A DNA stretch of 48,375 bases from Paraspadella gotoi (GCA_051294375.1 CM119264.1:31418667-31467041), one strand, 5' to 3'. Positions 1 to 13,247 are shown, numbered from the stretch's first letter. Numbers and translations: made by a program. Notes: generated from the sequence alone by a model not told the origin.

Positions 1-1035
1 TTTTTTTGCACTATTTTCCAAAATAGACCCTTTTCATATCCCTTTACCGTCGCTTTAATCTTTAAGATAGGCTGTAACCAACTTATAATCTCTAACCAAA
101 TCTAATCTAATCTAATCTAATCTAATCTCTAATCCAAATGCATAACTATTAATTCTATTACCCGTCTTAATCCTTGACCATATTTTTTTTTTTAATAACA
201 AAAACGATATTAACAAAATCGAAAAGAAAAGACAGTAAAAAAGACAGTAAGAGACAGTAAAAGAGAGTAACCGCAAGAATAACATAATTGCTTGATCTGA
301 TTTTGATGCCTGAATTAGATTGGATTGGACGATTTTGAAATTTAAACCGAGAAGCGAATTTTCAGTAAATCAATTCCTTTCCAAATTATAATTGTTTGGT
401 TTTATTAAGAAGATACATTTTAAACTTTAATCAGCGTAATTTTATCACAAAATAAAATAACATTTCTTGTTAAGTTTAGGAAAATAAAAAAAAAAGATAG
501 AAAAAAAAGAAAATGGTTTCTGCCTTTATCGTCGAAAACGAGGCTGACAACAAAAAAAAACGAGTCTGAGGATTTCATGCAGATTGAATTCGGTCCAATC
601 AGTGTTAAGCCTAATCTTATCCTTTCCTATCTTTTCCTCTCTTTACTTGCCTTTTCCTATCTTCACTTTTCCTCTCTTTTCCTAAGTTCTCTTTCCTTCA
701 CCTTTCCTCTCTTTTCCTATCTTCTCTTTTCCTTTTTTTTCTTTCTTGTCTGTTCCTATCTCCTCTTTTACTTCTTTCTTCTCTTTTTTTATTTTCATCT
801 CCTCTCTTATCTTCTTTTTCCACTTACAACTTTTCTTCCTTGCTCACTTCTCTTTGTTTACCTCTCTGTTGCCTTCTTTTCTATTTTCCTACCTATCTTG
901 TCCCCCGATTTATTTTCTATTTTTATTTTTCATCTTCTACTTTCCTATTTATTTCTATTTTCCTATCTATTTCTATTTTCCTCTCTCCTCCCTCTTTTCT
1001 CCTCTCATCGAGGCCCTGGGATTAAATTCATTAGC

Positions 1036-1071
<36 letters not shown>

Positions 1072-1573
1072 NNNNNNNNNNNNNNNNNNNNNNNNNNNNN
1101 NNNNNNNNNNNNNNNNNNNNNNNNNNNNNNNNNNNNNNNNNNNNNNNNNNNNNNNNNNNNNNNNNNNNNNNNNNNNNNNNNNNNNNNNNNNNNNNNNNNN
1201 NNNNNNNNNNNNNNNNNNNNNNNNNNNNNNNNNNNNNNNNNNNNNNNNNNNNNNNNNNNNNNNNNNNNNNNNNNNNNNAACAATGAGTTTTCGAATTTTA
1301 TTTTGTTTTTTTGTCTAAAACTGAATTTTGAGTTAATGACTAATTTGAGGCTGAAATTTTAAAAAATATCTCAATTTTTTCTATTTAATTGTTGACATAA
1401 TTAACAATGAAAATTAGAAAATTACTTGTTTCACTATTTCAAGTTTTAGATTTGAAAATATTTATTACATTTTTTTTATTTTATATATAAATATATTTTT
1501 ATTATTACTTTTTGATAATTTTTTAAATTTTTTTTTACATTATGAATACAGACTGAAGAAAGACGAAGTCTTT

Positions 1574-3119
1574 TTAGTCGGATCTGCTTATCAGCAGATT
1601 CCGACNNNNNNNNNNNNNNNNNNNNNNNNNNNNNNNNNNNNNNNNNNNNNNNNNNNNNNNNNNNNNNNNNNNNNNNNNNNNNNNNNNNNNNNNNNNNNNN
1701 NNNNNNNNNNNNNNNNNNNNNNNNNNNNNNNNNNNNNNNNNNNNNNNNNNNNNNNNNNNNNNNNNNNNNNNNNNNNNNNNNNNNNNNNNNNNNNNNNNNN
1801 NNNNNNNNNNNNNNNNNNNNNNNNNNNNNNNNNNNNNNNNNNNNNNNNNNNNNNNNNNNNNNNNNNNNNNNNNNNNNNNNNNNNNNNNNNNNNNNNNNNN
1901 NNNNNNNNNNNNNNNNNNNNNNNNNNNNNNNNNNNNNNNNNNNNNNNNNNNNNNNNNNNNNNNNNNNNNNNNNNNNNNNNNNNNNNNNNNNNNNNNNNNN
2001 NNNNNNNNNNNNNNNNNNNNNNNNNNNNNNNNNNNNNNNNNNNNNNNNNNNNNNNNNNNNNNNNNNNNNNNNNNNNNNNNNNNNNNNNNNNNNNNNNNNN
2101 NNNNNNNNNNNNNNNNNNNNNNNNNNNNNNNNNNNNNNNNNNNNNNNNNNNNNNNNNNNNNNNNNNNNNNNNNNNNNNNNNNNNNNNNNNNNNNNNNNNN
2201 NNNNNNNNNNNNNNNNNNNNNNNNNNNNNNNNNNNNNNNNNNNNNNNNNNNNNNNNNNNNNNNNNNNNNNNNNNNNNNNNNNNNNNNNNNNNNNNNNNNN
2301 NNNNNNNNNNNNNNNNNNNNNNNNNNNNNNNNNNNNNNNNNNNNNNNNNNNNNNNNNNNNNNNNNNNNNNNNNNNNNNNNNNNNNNNNNNNNNNNNNNNN
2401 NNNNNNNNNNNNNNNNNNNNNNNNNNNNNNNNNNNNNNNNNNNNNNNNNNNNNNNNNNNNNNNNNNNNNNNNNNNNNNNNNNNNNNNNNNNNNNNNNNNN
2501 NTTGACCAAATTATGCCAGTTGACCAAATTATACCAGTTGATAAAATTATGCCAGCTGACCAAATTATGTCGGTTGACCAAATTATCTTAATTGACCAAA
2601 TTATGTCAGTTGACCAAATTACGTCAGTTGAACAAATTATGTCAGTTAACCAAATTATGTCAGTTAAACAAATTAAGTCAGTTGACCAAATTATGTCAGT
2701 TGACCAAATTATGTCAGTAGACCAAATTATGTCAGTTAACCAAATTATGTCAGTTGACCAAATTATGCAAGTTGATTAAATTATGCAAGTTGACCAAGTT
2801 AGCTTATTACCACTTAATTATCATAACTAATAAATAATTAATTAATCAATTAATCAATCAATTAATTATTCAATCATTAAATTTGTTTAGTTGTCTATTA
2901 ATCAATTATTCAATCAATCAATTTATTTATAAATTAATTAATTATTTAATCAATTAATCAATCAATCAAGTCAATTGTTATATAGTCGTGGTCAGTGACG
3001 AAAAGACATTTTGGATCAAATTAATTAATTTACTAAATAAATTCTTATTTTAGTTTATGAAATTAATTAATTACCGCTAATGATTTTGTCAGATCCGACA
3101 TTGTTTGCTCAAACTTGTT
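1574..3119 (+). mobile_element. Non-autonomous Helentron-associated (HINE/DINE-1-like) element, copy A, both ends present, interior partly N
   Basis: Starts in a T-run with TTAGTCGGATCTGCTTATCAGCAGATTCCGAC (subterminal repeat plus self-complementary partner). Contains an 18-bp tandem array and a (TAAT/CAAT)n tract. Ends CAGATCCGAC (inverse of the 5' motif), small hairpin GTTTG-CT-CAAAC, then TTGTT. The same termini recur at 24607, 44358, 44962, 46484(-), 46511-46541 and 48336(-). Class assigned from architecture only. Confidence 0.75.
2502..2797. repeat. 18-bp minisatellite (TTGACCAAATTATGTCAG)n inside HINE copy A
   Basis: About 16 visible units, likely continuing into the upstream N run. 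Explains ORF 2513..2779 (VDQIMS repeats). Confidence 0.95.
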
Positions 3120-3723
3120 AAATAAAATCTTATCGTTGTTGAAAAAGACTCAATTCGATACACAACACAAAGAAAGAATTCTCGCAATTATAAATACAAG
3201 ATTTTTTCACTTTACAATTGCTTTACATATCTTTCTTCTCTTTCTTTAATTTTTTATCTTCTCTTACTTATCTATTTCTGTTTACTTTCCTCTCTTTTCA
3301 GAACTCACCTAATGATATAAAATCAACGATGACGATTCTGATAATAAAAATTGGATTAATTATATTAACTTTAAACCAACAAGATCACTTAAACGAATTT
3401 GCGATCACAAATCTTGAATCACGAAGAATTTTCCTCTCATAAATTTTTTCACTTCACTTCTCTCTTGTCTCCTCTTTTCTCTTCTCTTTTCTCTTTTCTA
3501 TTCTCTTTTCTTATTTTTTCCCTTCTCTTCTTCTCTCTCTTCTACTTATCTTTTCTCTTCCTCTCTCTCTACTCTTTTCTCTCTTCTCTGCTCTCTATCT
3601 CTATCTGACTCTGCATTCACAAAACTCAGACCGACTATGTTTACTTTTTCCTGAGGGAAATTCATCTTCTTTTTCCTTCACCATTTGTTTTCTACCTTCG
3701 GCTCATTTTCCTGTTTTTAATTT

Positions 3724-3794
<71 letters not shown>

Positions 3795-3957
3795 CCTCTG
3801 ATAGATTTCTTTTTCCCCTCAAACTCTTTTTGCAAAGAAATTATGTCAAAGGAAAATTTCACTTTTTATTTTACATCGACAAAATAAAATCACTTAAAAT
3901 ATTCTTTATTTGTTTTTACATTTTTCTAGTCAGTAGGACTAATAATCAATTCAGTCA

Positions 3958-3961
<4 letters not shown>

Positions 3962-4033
<72 letters not shown>
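3962..4033. repeat. (TAA)n microsatellite
   Basis: Pure trinucleotide run. Confidence 0.97.
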
Positions 4034-4034
<1 letters not shown>

Positions 4035-5112
4035 CTTAAGGTTATTGAAACATTTGATTCTGAAAGTTTTAGATAAAAGTCGATTTTCCTTTTGGAAAAC
4101 TTAAGTTTAAAAAATCATATTTTTTAAACCACTTGACCGATTGTAATCAAATTTAGACACATTGATTCCTTTTAAAAAAAAATTCTTATATAATTTTTAA
4201 AAAGTCAGAAATTTAAAGTTATAAAGTGGCCCGTTTTTTTTGCACAGGAATGTATAAGAATCCTTTGAATATTCCTAATATGAATTATAATAAAAAACTT
4301 TCTAAAGTTAAAAATAAAAAAAGATAATCTATGAAGAATTAGGAAATATATATTAACCAGAGAGAAGATGAAAAAAAGAGGAGAAAAATGAAAGGAACCT
4401 TTTTNNNNNNNNNNNNNNNNNNNNNNNNNNNNNNNTTTTCTCTCTCTCTTTTTTTCGGATCCAAAGGGAAAAGAAAGAAGATGATGGATGGCGACGGGAA
4501 ACGCCCTCCACACCATAAAGCCACGCCCACATCCCGAAGCCCACATCCCTAAGCTCCTATCCTGAGGCCCACAACCCTGCATCCCTCGGCGTAAGGCCCG
4601 CAGCGCCGTAACCACAGCGCCGGGCTCACGACGCCCGGCCCACAGCGCGAGGCCCAACGAGCCATGGCCTTGCCCACAACGACGCACATTGTGCCTAGCT
4701 TACATAACCGAACCAACATCAGTGAGCCCTCAGTATGCTCCCAAGTTATCATAGTACAGGGTTTACTCTGTGCATCTTTAGCGAGGGATCCTTAAAGCGA
4801 ACCCCATAGTAGAGTTCCCATAATTTATAAGCTATAATTTAAGGCACACATCTCTTTTTTTCTTACATCCTAATGTTTCACATCGCATTTTCCTTTTCCC
4901 CTTTGTTGTTGTTGTTGTTGTTGTTCTCCTTTCCCACATTAGATGGTTCCACAAAATATGAGGCAAATGTTTCCGCCTTCTAAAGCGGCTTGCCCTCCTC
5001 CAATGGCCCAATGACGCCAAGGACGTTGATGTCACCAGCAGATGTCACCAATGAGACGATTGCAATTTGAGATGGCATCGAGTTTATCATCATTTTTAAG
5101 AGGAACCGACAA

Positions 5113-5751
5113 ATTCACTCAGAACGACGACCACAACGAAAAAGACAACAAAGATCCCAAGAATAACCACAATGACGACCACAATTGCGACCATCATGGC
5201 GACCACAATGACGATCACAATGACGACCACAATGGCGACCATAATGACGACCACAATGACGACCACAATGACGACCACAATGGCGGCCATAATGACGACC
5301 ACAATGACGACCACAATGAAGACCACGCCAAGGAACACAACGACTACAATGGCGCGAAAAATTTCTCTCTCCATTTGTTTTTCCGCCGAAAAACGAACTC
5401 GTTTAAAACGTTCTCTTTCCCCGTATGTAAAAGGCGAAAGCAGCTGAGTGAAGGATGTAACTGAAAAAGTATGTGACTTGTTGCGAGATTGATAAGTTTT
5501 GCCCATTTCAGTCTGTGTAGAAAAATGATGTGAGAAATAAGAGAAAAGAAAGAATTAAAGAAAGAGAAAAAAAAATAAAGAAAAGAAAGATAGGAATATA
5601 AAAAGAAAGAGAGAAAGAGAGAAAGAAAGAAAGAGAGAAAGAAAGAAAGAGAGAAAGACGGACAGACCGACTTAGATTCATCGTCTTTTCCGGTCTGATT
5701 ACGAATTCCTCTCGCACATTTCAACGTCACTCCAGAGAGGAAAGTAAAGAA

Positions 5752-5784
<33 letters not shown>

Positions 5785-6407
5785 NNNNNNNNNNNNNNNN
5801 NNNNNNNNNNNNNNNNNNNNNNNNNNNNNNNNNNNNNNNNNNNNNNNNNNNNNNNNNNNNNNNNNNNNNNNNNNNNNNNNNNNNNNNNNNNNNNNNNNNN
5901 NNNNNNNNNNNNNNNNNNNNNNNNNNNNNNNNNNNNNNNNNNNNNNNNNNNNNNGAGAGAGAGAGAGAGAGAGTGACTAAACTGAAAAGGGCGTAGAACG
6001 AATAAAATTAAAAGAAATATTAGTCACTCATAAGTTTGACATTTTAATCAAGAATAATATTTTGCTTTAACCTGAATGAAGTAATTTTTTTCAATTAATC
6101 GTCACTTCGGAGCTGAGAAGAAAAACAATATTCAAAAGACTCTCTCTCTCTCTCTCTCTTTNNNNNNNNNNNNNNNNNNNNNNNNNNNNNNNNNNNNNNN
6201 NNNNNNNNNNNNNNNNNNNNNNNNNNNNNNNNNNNNNNNNNNNNNNNNNNNNNNNNNNNNNNNNNNNNNNNNNNNNNNNNNNNNNNNNNNNNNNNNNNNN
6301 NNNNNNNNNNNNNNNNNNNNNNNNNNNNNNNNNNNNNNNNNNNNNNNNNNNNNNNNNNNNNNNNNNNNNNNNNNNNNNNNNNNNNNNNNNNNNNNNNNNN
6401 NNNNNNN

Positions 6408-6438
<31 letters not shown>

Positions 6439-7200
6439 TGTTTTTCTTCTCTAATTTTCTCGATTGAGTTTTTGTTTACGATCAATTATATTTTTTTCTT
6501 GTTTTCTTTTGTTGTTGTTGTTAATTTGTTAGTTGGTTTCTGCATTAATATTTAAGGAATTAGTTTTATATGATCCTCATCATCATCATCATCATCATCT
6601 TCCTCGTCGTTATCATCTTGTGCGCATAAAATTTTCATCGTCCAAAATTTCGTGAAAACGGAAACGAAAAAAAAAGGAAAATTTAAAAAGAAAATGAAAG
6701 GAAAAAAAGTAGGAAGAAAATTAAGGCGAAAAGAAAAATGAAAAAAAAAAGAAATAAAAAAAAGAAAAAATTAAAAGAAAAAATTAAAAGAAAAAAGAAA
6801 AAAAAGAAAAATAAGAAAAATAGGGAAGAGAACAAGATTAATAAAATTTTAAAAAATGAGGTTTTTATTCAGGTTTTTTGGTTTTTTGGTTTTTTGGTTT
6901 TTTAGAGTTTTTTAACGGATTTTGTAAATACAGCCCGCGGAGTAAACGACTTGTAACCAATTTAACATAAAAGATTTTCAGTTGAAAAAAAAAATGTCTT
7001 TGTTATGACTTTTTTTTAAAAAAAAGGAAAAATTCAACGGATTAAAAATTGTCTTCTAAATTTAACAAATGTTAAACTACAGAACTGTTATACATTTAAG
7101 TAAAAAAGTATCACTCCTTCTCCTTCACCACTACATTAAACTAATTCAAATCTTGAGCTTCTTAATGTTGATATAAGTTAATGATTTTGTATCTCGTTCT

Positions 7201-7254
<54 letters not shown>

Positions 7255-7697
7255 ACATTCACTTCACATCCCACTTCTCATCTCACTTCCCATCCCACTT
7301 CTCATCTCATTTCACATCTCACTTCCCAACTCATTTCCCATCTCACTTCCCATCTCACTNNNNNNNNNNNNNNNNNNNNNNNNNNNNNNNNNNNNNNNNN
7401 NNNNNNNNNNNNNNNNNNNNNNNNNNNNNNNNNNNNNNNNNNNNNNNNNNNNNNNNNNNNNNNNNNNNNNNNNNNNNNNNNNNNNNNNNNNNNNNNNNNN
7501 NNNNNNNNNNNNNNNNNNNNNNNNNNNNNNNNNNNNNNNNNNNNNNNNNNNNNNNNNNNNNNNNNNNNNNNNNNNNNNNNNNNNNNNNNNNNNNNNNNNN
7601 NNCCGTCAGACCCGCCCCTTTGCGGTCGACCGCTCATCTACATCCGGGTCTTTCGTTTTTTCCCCTGATTTCCGGGGAAGTCTCATTCTCGTCGTCG

Positions 7698-7728
<31 letters not shown>

Positions 7729-9142
7729 TCTTGTCGTTGTTATTCCCTCCATGTTATCCCAAACGGAGAAATCTCAACAAATCTAAAGGAAAAAAAGAAA
7801 TAATAATTTTCCCTTTTAAAAATTCTACTTCCTTCTTAACACTCTCTCTCTGTCTTTTTTCCTATTTGTTTTCCTCTCTCTTTCTCTCTTTCTCTCTCTC
7901 TCTCNNNNNNNNNNNNNNNNNNNNNNNNNNNNNNNNNNNNNNNNNNNNNNNNNNNNNNNNNNNNNNNNNNNNNNNNNNNNNNNNNNNNNNNNNNNNNNNN
8001 NNNNNNNNNNNNNNNNNNNNNNNNNNNNNNNNNNNNNNNNNNNNNNNNNNNNNNNNNNNNNNNNNNNNNNNNNNNNNNNNNNNNNNNNNNNNNNNNNNNN
8101 NNNNNNNNNNNNNNNNNNNNNNNNNNNNNNNNNNNNNNNNNNNNNNNNNNNNNNNNNNNNNNNNNNNNNNNNNNNNNNNNNNNNNNNCTCTCTCCCTCCC
8201 TCTCTCTCTATCTCTCTCTTTTATTCTTTCTCTCTCTCCCTCCCTCCCTCTTTCTTTTCCTCTCTCTTTTCCTCTCCCTCTCCCTCTCTCTCTCTCTCTC
8301 TCAAGTTATGATAATGAGAGAATGAAGATGTTGAGATCAAAAAGGTCGCAGTTTTGGGAGAAAAGAGAAAATGTTTGGGCAGAAGAAGAAAAAGTTAGGG
8401 CTTGTTGGGATTTATATTGGGCCGATTGAGATTAACATTGGGCTTGTTGGGATTTATATTGGGCCGGTTTGGATTTATTTGGAGAGTGGAGATTTGTTTT
8501 GGGCGGAACTAAGATTTATTTTGGGTATCGCTTCTGAAAATTATTTATTACGGGGAAAAAGGGATCTCTCTCTCTCTCNNNNNNNNNNNNNNNNNNNNNN
8601 NNNNNNNNNNNNNNNNNNNNNNNNNNNNNNNNNNNNNNNNNNNNNNNNNNNNNNNNNNNNNNNNNNNNNNNNNNNNNNNNNNNNNNNNNNNNNNNNNNNN
8701 NNNNNNNNNNNNNNNNNNNNNNNNNNNNNNNNNNNNNNNNNNNNNNNNNNNNNNNNNNNNNNNNNNNNNNNNNNNNNNNNNNNNNNNNNNNNNNNNNNNN
8801 NNNNNNNNNNNNNNNNNNNNNNNNNNNNNNNNNNNNNNNNNNNNNNNNNNNNNNNNNNNNNNNNNNNNNNNNNNNNNNNNNNNTATTCGACTTCGAAAAG
8901 TTTTGCTCGAGTTTGTTTTCCTCCTCTCATGAGGAGATGGAGAGGAGGGGGAGTGAGAGGAAGAGAAGGAAAAGAGAGGGAGAGAGGGGAGAGAGGGTAG
9001 GGAGGAAGATGGGAAGAGAGGAGGGAGAAGGGGAGAGAGAGAGGGAGAGAGGAGAGAGGGGAAGAGGAAAGAGGAAAGAAGAGAGAAAAGAAAGGAGGGT
9101 GAAGGGTAGAGCGTTGAAAAATAACAAAATATAACAAATCAA
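5113..9142 (+). repeat. Left arm of ~4-kb inverted duplication (IR1)
   Basis: Reverse complement of 11703-15640. For example ATTCACTCAGAACGACG at 5113 pairs with CGTCGTTCTGAGTGAAT ending 15640, and ORFs 5096..5506(-) and 15238..15510(+) both begin MGKTYQSR. Confidence 0.92.
5165..5335. repeat. 12-bp minisatellite (GACCACAATGAC)n
   Basis: Direct tandem units, mirrored noisily at ~15420-15590. Confidence 0.92.
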
Positions 9143-10697
9143 CCATCTCTCTCCTCCTCTCTCTCTCCCTTCTCTTTAAATTTTTTCTATCTTTTTTTTT
9201 TTCTTTTTTTTTTTCTTTTTTTCTTCTTCTTTTTTTTTTTTCCTAGTCGTTTTCTTTTTTTTTTTTTTCTTTTTTTTTTTTTTCCTTTTTTTTTTCTCTT
9301 CTGATTCTTTTCTCTTTTTTTCTTTTTTTTTTTTTTTTTTTTCTTTTTTTCGTTTTTTTTTCCTTTTTCTCTTTTTCTTTCTGTTCCTACCACTCCTTTT
9401 TTTTTTTTTTTTTTTTCTTTCTCTTTTTTTTTTTTCTTTTTCTTCTTTTTTTTTTTATTTTTTTTTTTTTCTTTTTTTTTTTTTTTCTTTTTTTTCTTTT
9501 TTTTTTTTTTTTTTTTTTTTTCTTCATNNNNNNNNNNNNNNNNNNNNNNNNNGGGAAAAATTAAGAGAAATAAAGCATAGGAAGAGAGAAAAAGAAAAAA
9601 GAGGAACCAGGAAAAAAGAGAAAAAAATGAAGAGACAAAGATAGAGAAGAAAATGAAAATAAAAGAAAACGGAAAAAGAAAATTGGAAAGCAAGATTGAA
9701 GGAAAGATAAGAAAGGGGAGAGAAGAGAACTGGGAAAGAAAGATAGGAAAAAAAAAATATGAATTGGAAAGAAAGGTCAGGGAAAGAGAAGGAAGAAGAA
9801 TTTAAAGAAAAAAATAGAGAAAAAAAAGACAATGCGGGAAAAAGATAATTCTAAATCAATAATCGGAAAAAAAAAACCTAAAAAGTAATATATGGCATTT
9901 TTTTTATGATCAGTTTTTTCCTTTTTCCTTTTTTTTTTCTTTTTTTTTCTTTTCTTTTTTTTCCCAATTTATTTAATTTTTTTTTTCGTTTTTTTCTCAT
10001 TCTTCTCTCTCCTTCTAATTCCTCTACTTTCCTCTTTTTCTCAATTTCTCTTCGCTTTCTCCTCCTTTTCTCTCTCTCTCTCTTCACCTTACTCATTCCT
10101 TCTCTCTTTCCCCTCTTCTCCCCCATGCCTCCCCTTACCTCCTTTTTCTCTCTCTCTCTCTCACCTTTACCTCTCCTCTCCCTCTTTCCCCTCTCTCCCC
10201 CATGCCTTCCCCTTACTCCCTTCTCCTCTCTCTCCCCTATGCCTCCCCTTACCTCCCTTTCCTCTCTCAATCCCCCATGCCACTCCCTTTACCTTTCCTT
10301 TCCTCTCTCTCCCCCATAGCCCTCCCCTTTACCCTCCCTTTCCTCTCTCCACCTTTATCTCCTCTCTGCTTCGCTCTCTCTCCCCCATTGGCCTCCCCTT
10401 TACCTCCCTTTCCTCTCTCTCCCCATGCCTCGCCCCTTTACTCCCTTTCCTCTCTCTTCTCTCATGCACCTTTACTCTCCTCTCCTCTATCCCCTCTCTC
10501 CCCCAATGCCCCTCCCACATTTGGACCTCCCTTTCCTCTTTTCAAGGCCTTACCTCCTCTCTCTCTTTCTCCTCTCCCCCATGCCTCCCCTTTACCTCCC
10601 TTTCCTCTCTCTTCTCCTTTCTTTTCTCTCCTCTTTCCCCTCTCTCCCCCATGCCCTCCCTTTTACTCCCTTCCTCTATCTCCCTCTCCCTTCACTA

Positions 10698-11740
10698 GGG
10701 CGTTGAAAATAACGAATATTATAACAAATCAAGTGAGGTAATAGCTATTTTAGTGTAATAAAGTCTGTAGAATGTCGATGATGAAAACCATTTTTTTGTA
10801 TAGTCTCATTTCTTTGTCGGAAATGCGATTTTTGCAGCATATAAGAGTGGCTATTAAAATGGAGCAAACATTGTAGAGCTATAAGAAACTCAAATATTAA
10901 GATTTTATAAAAAGCCATATTTTTCTTACATAATATGAAAAAAAAGCCACCCATTATAAATATTTTTGGTTAATTATTACAAATTTTATATTTAATTAAA
11001 GTTTGTTAGCTATATTTATTAATAATAATAATAAAAAATAAGCTAAAGTGAAATAAAAATTTAAATTTTAATTATTAAATAAATCGTTTTAAAAACCGGA
11101 TTTGAATCCTTAACAAAAAGTTAGTAATAAAAGAAAGTAATATCCATTTTTAAAAAAATCTTTTCAATATATTAAGTAGGTTAAAAATAATTAAAAACTA
11201 TTATTTTGTTTAATGTTTTCAAAGATTTTGGCTTAAATTTAGTTTTTTCTGAATTTTTTGGTACAACTTAATGGACATAATTTTTGATAATAAAAATTTA
11301 TATTTTCTTATATCAACTTTTTTCCAAAAGATGCAAAATCATGAAAACATTTTTTTGAAATTATTATTTTTTAACTTTAGCCCAATTTTTACTCATAATT
11401 ATTAATAAATATAGTTAACTAACTTTTATAAAACATAAAATTTAAAAAAAAACTACCAAAATATTTTTTAAGGTCTTTATTATATTTCAAAAGCTCATAT
11501 AATTTTTTAAAATTTTAATAATTGTGATTATCATACTTATAATGATTGCGTTCGCTATTTATAACAATTTTTATAACATTAAAAACCGCCATTTCCGAAC
11601 AAAGAAAAAGATTGAAATTATAACAAAAAAAAAACTGTGTCATCACATGTCGAATTTCTACAGATCTACATTACCACTAAAAATAGCCTTTATGTACCTC
11701 ACTTGGATGTTTATATTTTGCTTACTTTTTTTCAACGCTC
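10698..11740. mobile_element. ~1.04-kb foldback/MITE-type non-autonomous DNA transposon
   Basis: TA|GGGCGTTGAAAA ... TTTTCAACGCTC|(T)TA termini. About 450-bp imperfect inverted arms (CAAGTGAGGTA/TACCTCACTTG, GTCGGAAATG/CATTTCCGAAC, CTATATTTATTAATAAT/ATTATTAATAAATATAG). AT-rich, no ORF, interrupts a pyrimidine tract. Confidence 0.75.
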
Positions 11741-12126
11741 TTACCCTTCACCCTCCCTTTCTTCTCTCTTCTTCCATTTTCCTCTTCCCCTCTCCTCCTC
11801 TCCGCCTGCTTCTCTTCCCTTCTCCCTCCTCTCTTCCCCTCTTCCCTCCCTACCCCTGCCTCTCCCCCTCTCTCCTCTCTTTCTTTCTCTTTCTTCCTCT
11901 CACTCCCCCTCGCTCTCCAATCTCCTCATGAGAGGAGGAAAAACAAACTCGAGCAAAAACTTTTCGAATTCGATAAATAAAAATATTTTTTTTTTGTTTC
12001 AAAACAAAAAAAATTGGTAAGTTTATTTCACCTGAAAATGTGTTCATTTAATTATTTATGGAAATAAGAGAAATGAATAAGAGAGAGAGAGAAAGAGGAG
12101 AGTTAGAAGCAGAGAGAGAGAAGGAG

Positions 12127-12158
<32 letters not shown>

Positions 12159-13247
12159 AGAGAGATAAGAGAGAGGGAGACTGTGAGGAGAGAGATAGAG
12201 AGAGAGAGGAGAGAAGAGAGAGAGAGAGAGAGAGATGAGAGAGAGAGAAGAGAAGGGAGAGAGATGTTGAGAGAGAGAGAATCTCCTTTTGTTTTATCCC
12301 CGTAAATAAATAATTTTTCAGAAAGCCGCGAATACCACAAAATCAAATCTTAGTTTCCGCCCAACAATCTCCACTCTCCAAATAAACCAAAAGGCCGGCC
12401 CATCTAACCCCTAAATACCAACAAGCCCCAATGTTAATTCTCAATCGGCCCCAGATATAAATCCAACAAGCGACCCTAACTTTTTCTTCTCTGCCCAAAC
12501 ATTTTCTCTTTATCTGCCCTAAAACTGCGACTTTTTGACTCAACATTCTTATTCTCTCATATTCATAACTTGACAGAGAGGAGAGAGAGAGAGGTGAAGA
12601 GGGAGCGAGACAAAAAGAGGAGAGGAAAAGAAGAGGGAGGGAGGGAGAGAGAGAAAGGAAAAAAGAAGATAGAGATTAGAGAGAGAGGGAGCGGAGAGAG
12701 GGGGAGGAAGGGTAAAAAGAAAGAGGGAAAGGGAGGAGAGAGAAGATGCGAGAGAGGAGAGAGAGGGAAGGTACACAGAGAAGGAAGGGGAGGGAGAGAA
12801 AGAGGGAGATAGGAAAGAGGGAGAGAGAGGAATGGGAAAAAAGAAGGAGGACTGAGAGAGAAATAAAAATAAAAGAGAGAAGAGAGAGAGAGAGAGAGAG
12901 AGAAGGAAGAGTGACAGAGAGAGAAGAGAGAAAAGAGAGAGAGAGAAAGAGAGAAAGAGAGAGGAAAACCAAATAGGAAAAAAGACAGAGAGAGAGAGTG
13001 TTAAGAAGGAAGTAGATTTTTAAAAGGGGAAAATTATTATTTCTTTTTTCCTTAGATTTTTGAGATTTCTCCGTTTGGCGATAGACATGGAGGCGTAATA
13101 ACAACGACGAAGAACGACGACGACGAGACGACGACGATGACGACGACGACGAGAATGAGACTTCCCCGGAAATCAGGGGAAAAAAAACGAAAGACCCGGA
13201 TGTAGATGGAGCGGTCGACCGCAAAGGGGCGGGTCTGAGGGATGAGG

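Noticed and set aside
1551-1579. CTGAAGA followed by hairpin AAAGAC-GAA-GTCTTT
   Set aside because: No GAAA/stem III/UH after the stem, so not a hammerhead. It overlaps the HINE 5' junction.
5042-5464. His/Asp-rich ORF (DDHN repeats) resembling a metal-binding protein
   Set aside because: Product of a 12-bp minisatellite open in several frames on both strands. The inverted copy is frameshifted and there is no exon support.
9143-9165. ATCTCTCTC.. at IR1 breakpoints (also ~15639) resembling a PacBio hairpin adapter
   Set aside because: The match is short and CT repeats are ubiquitous here, so it is not diagnostic.
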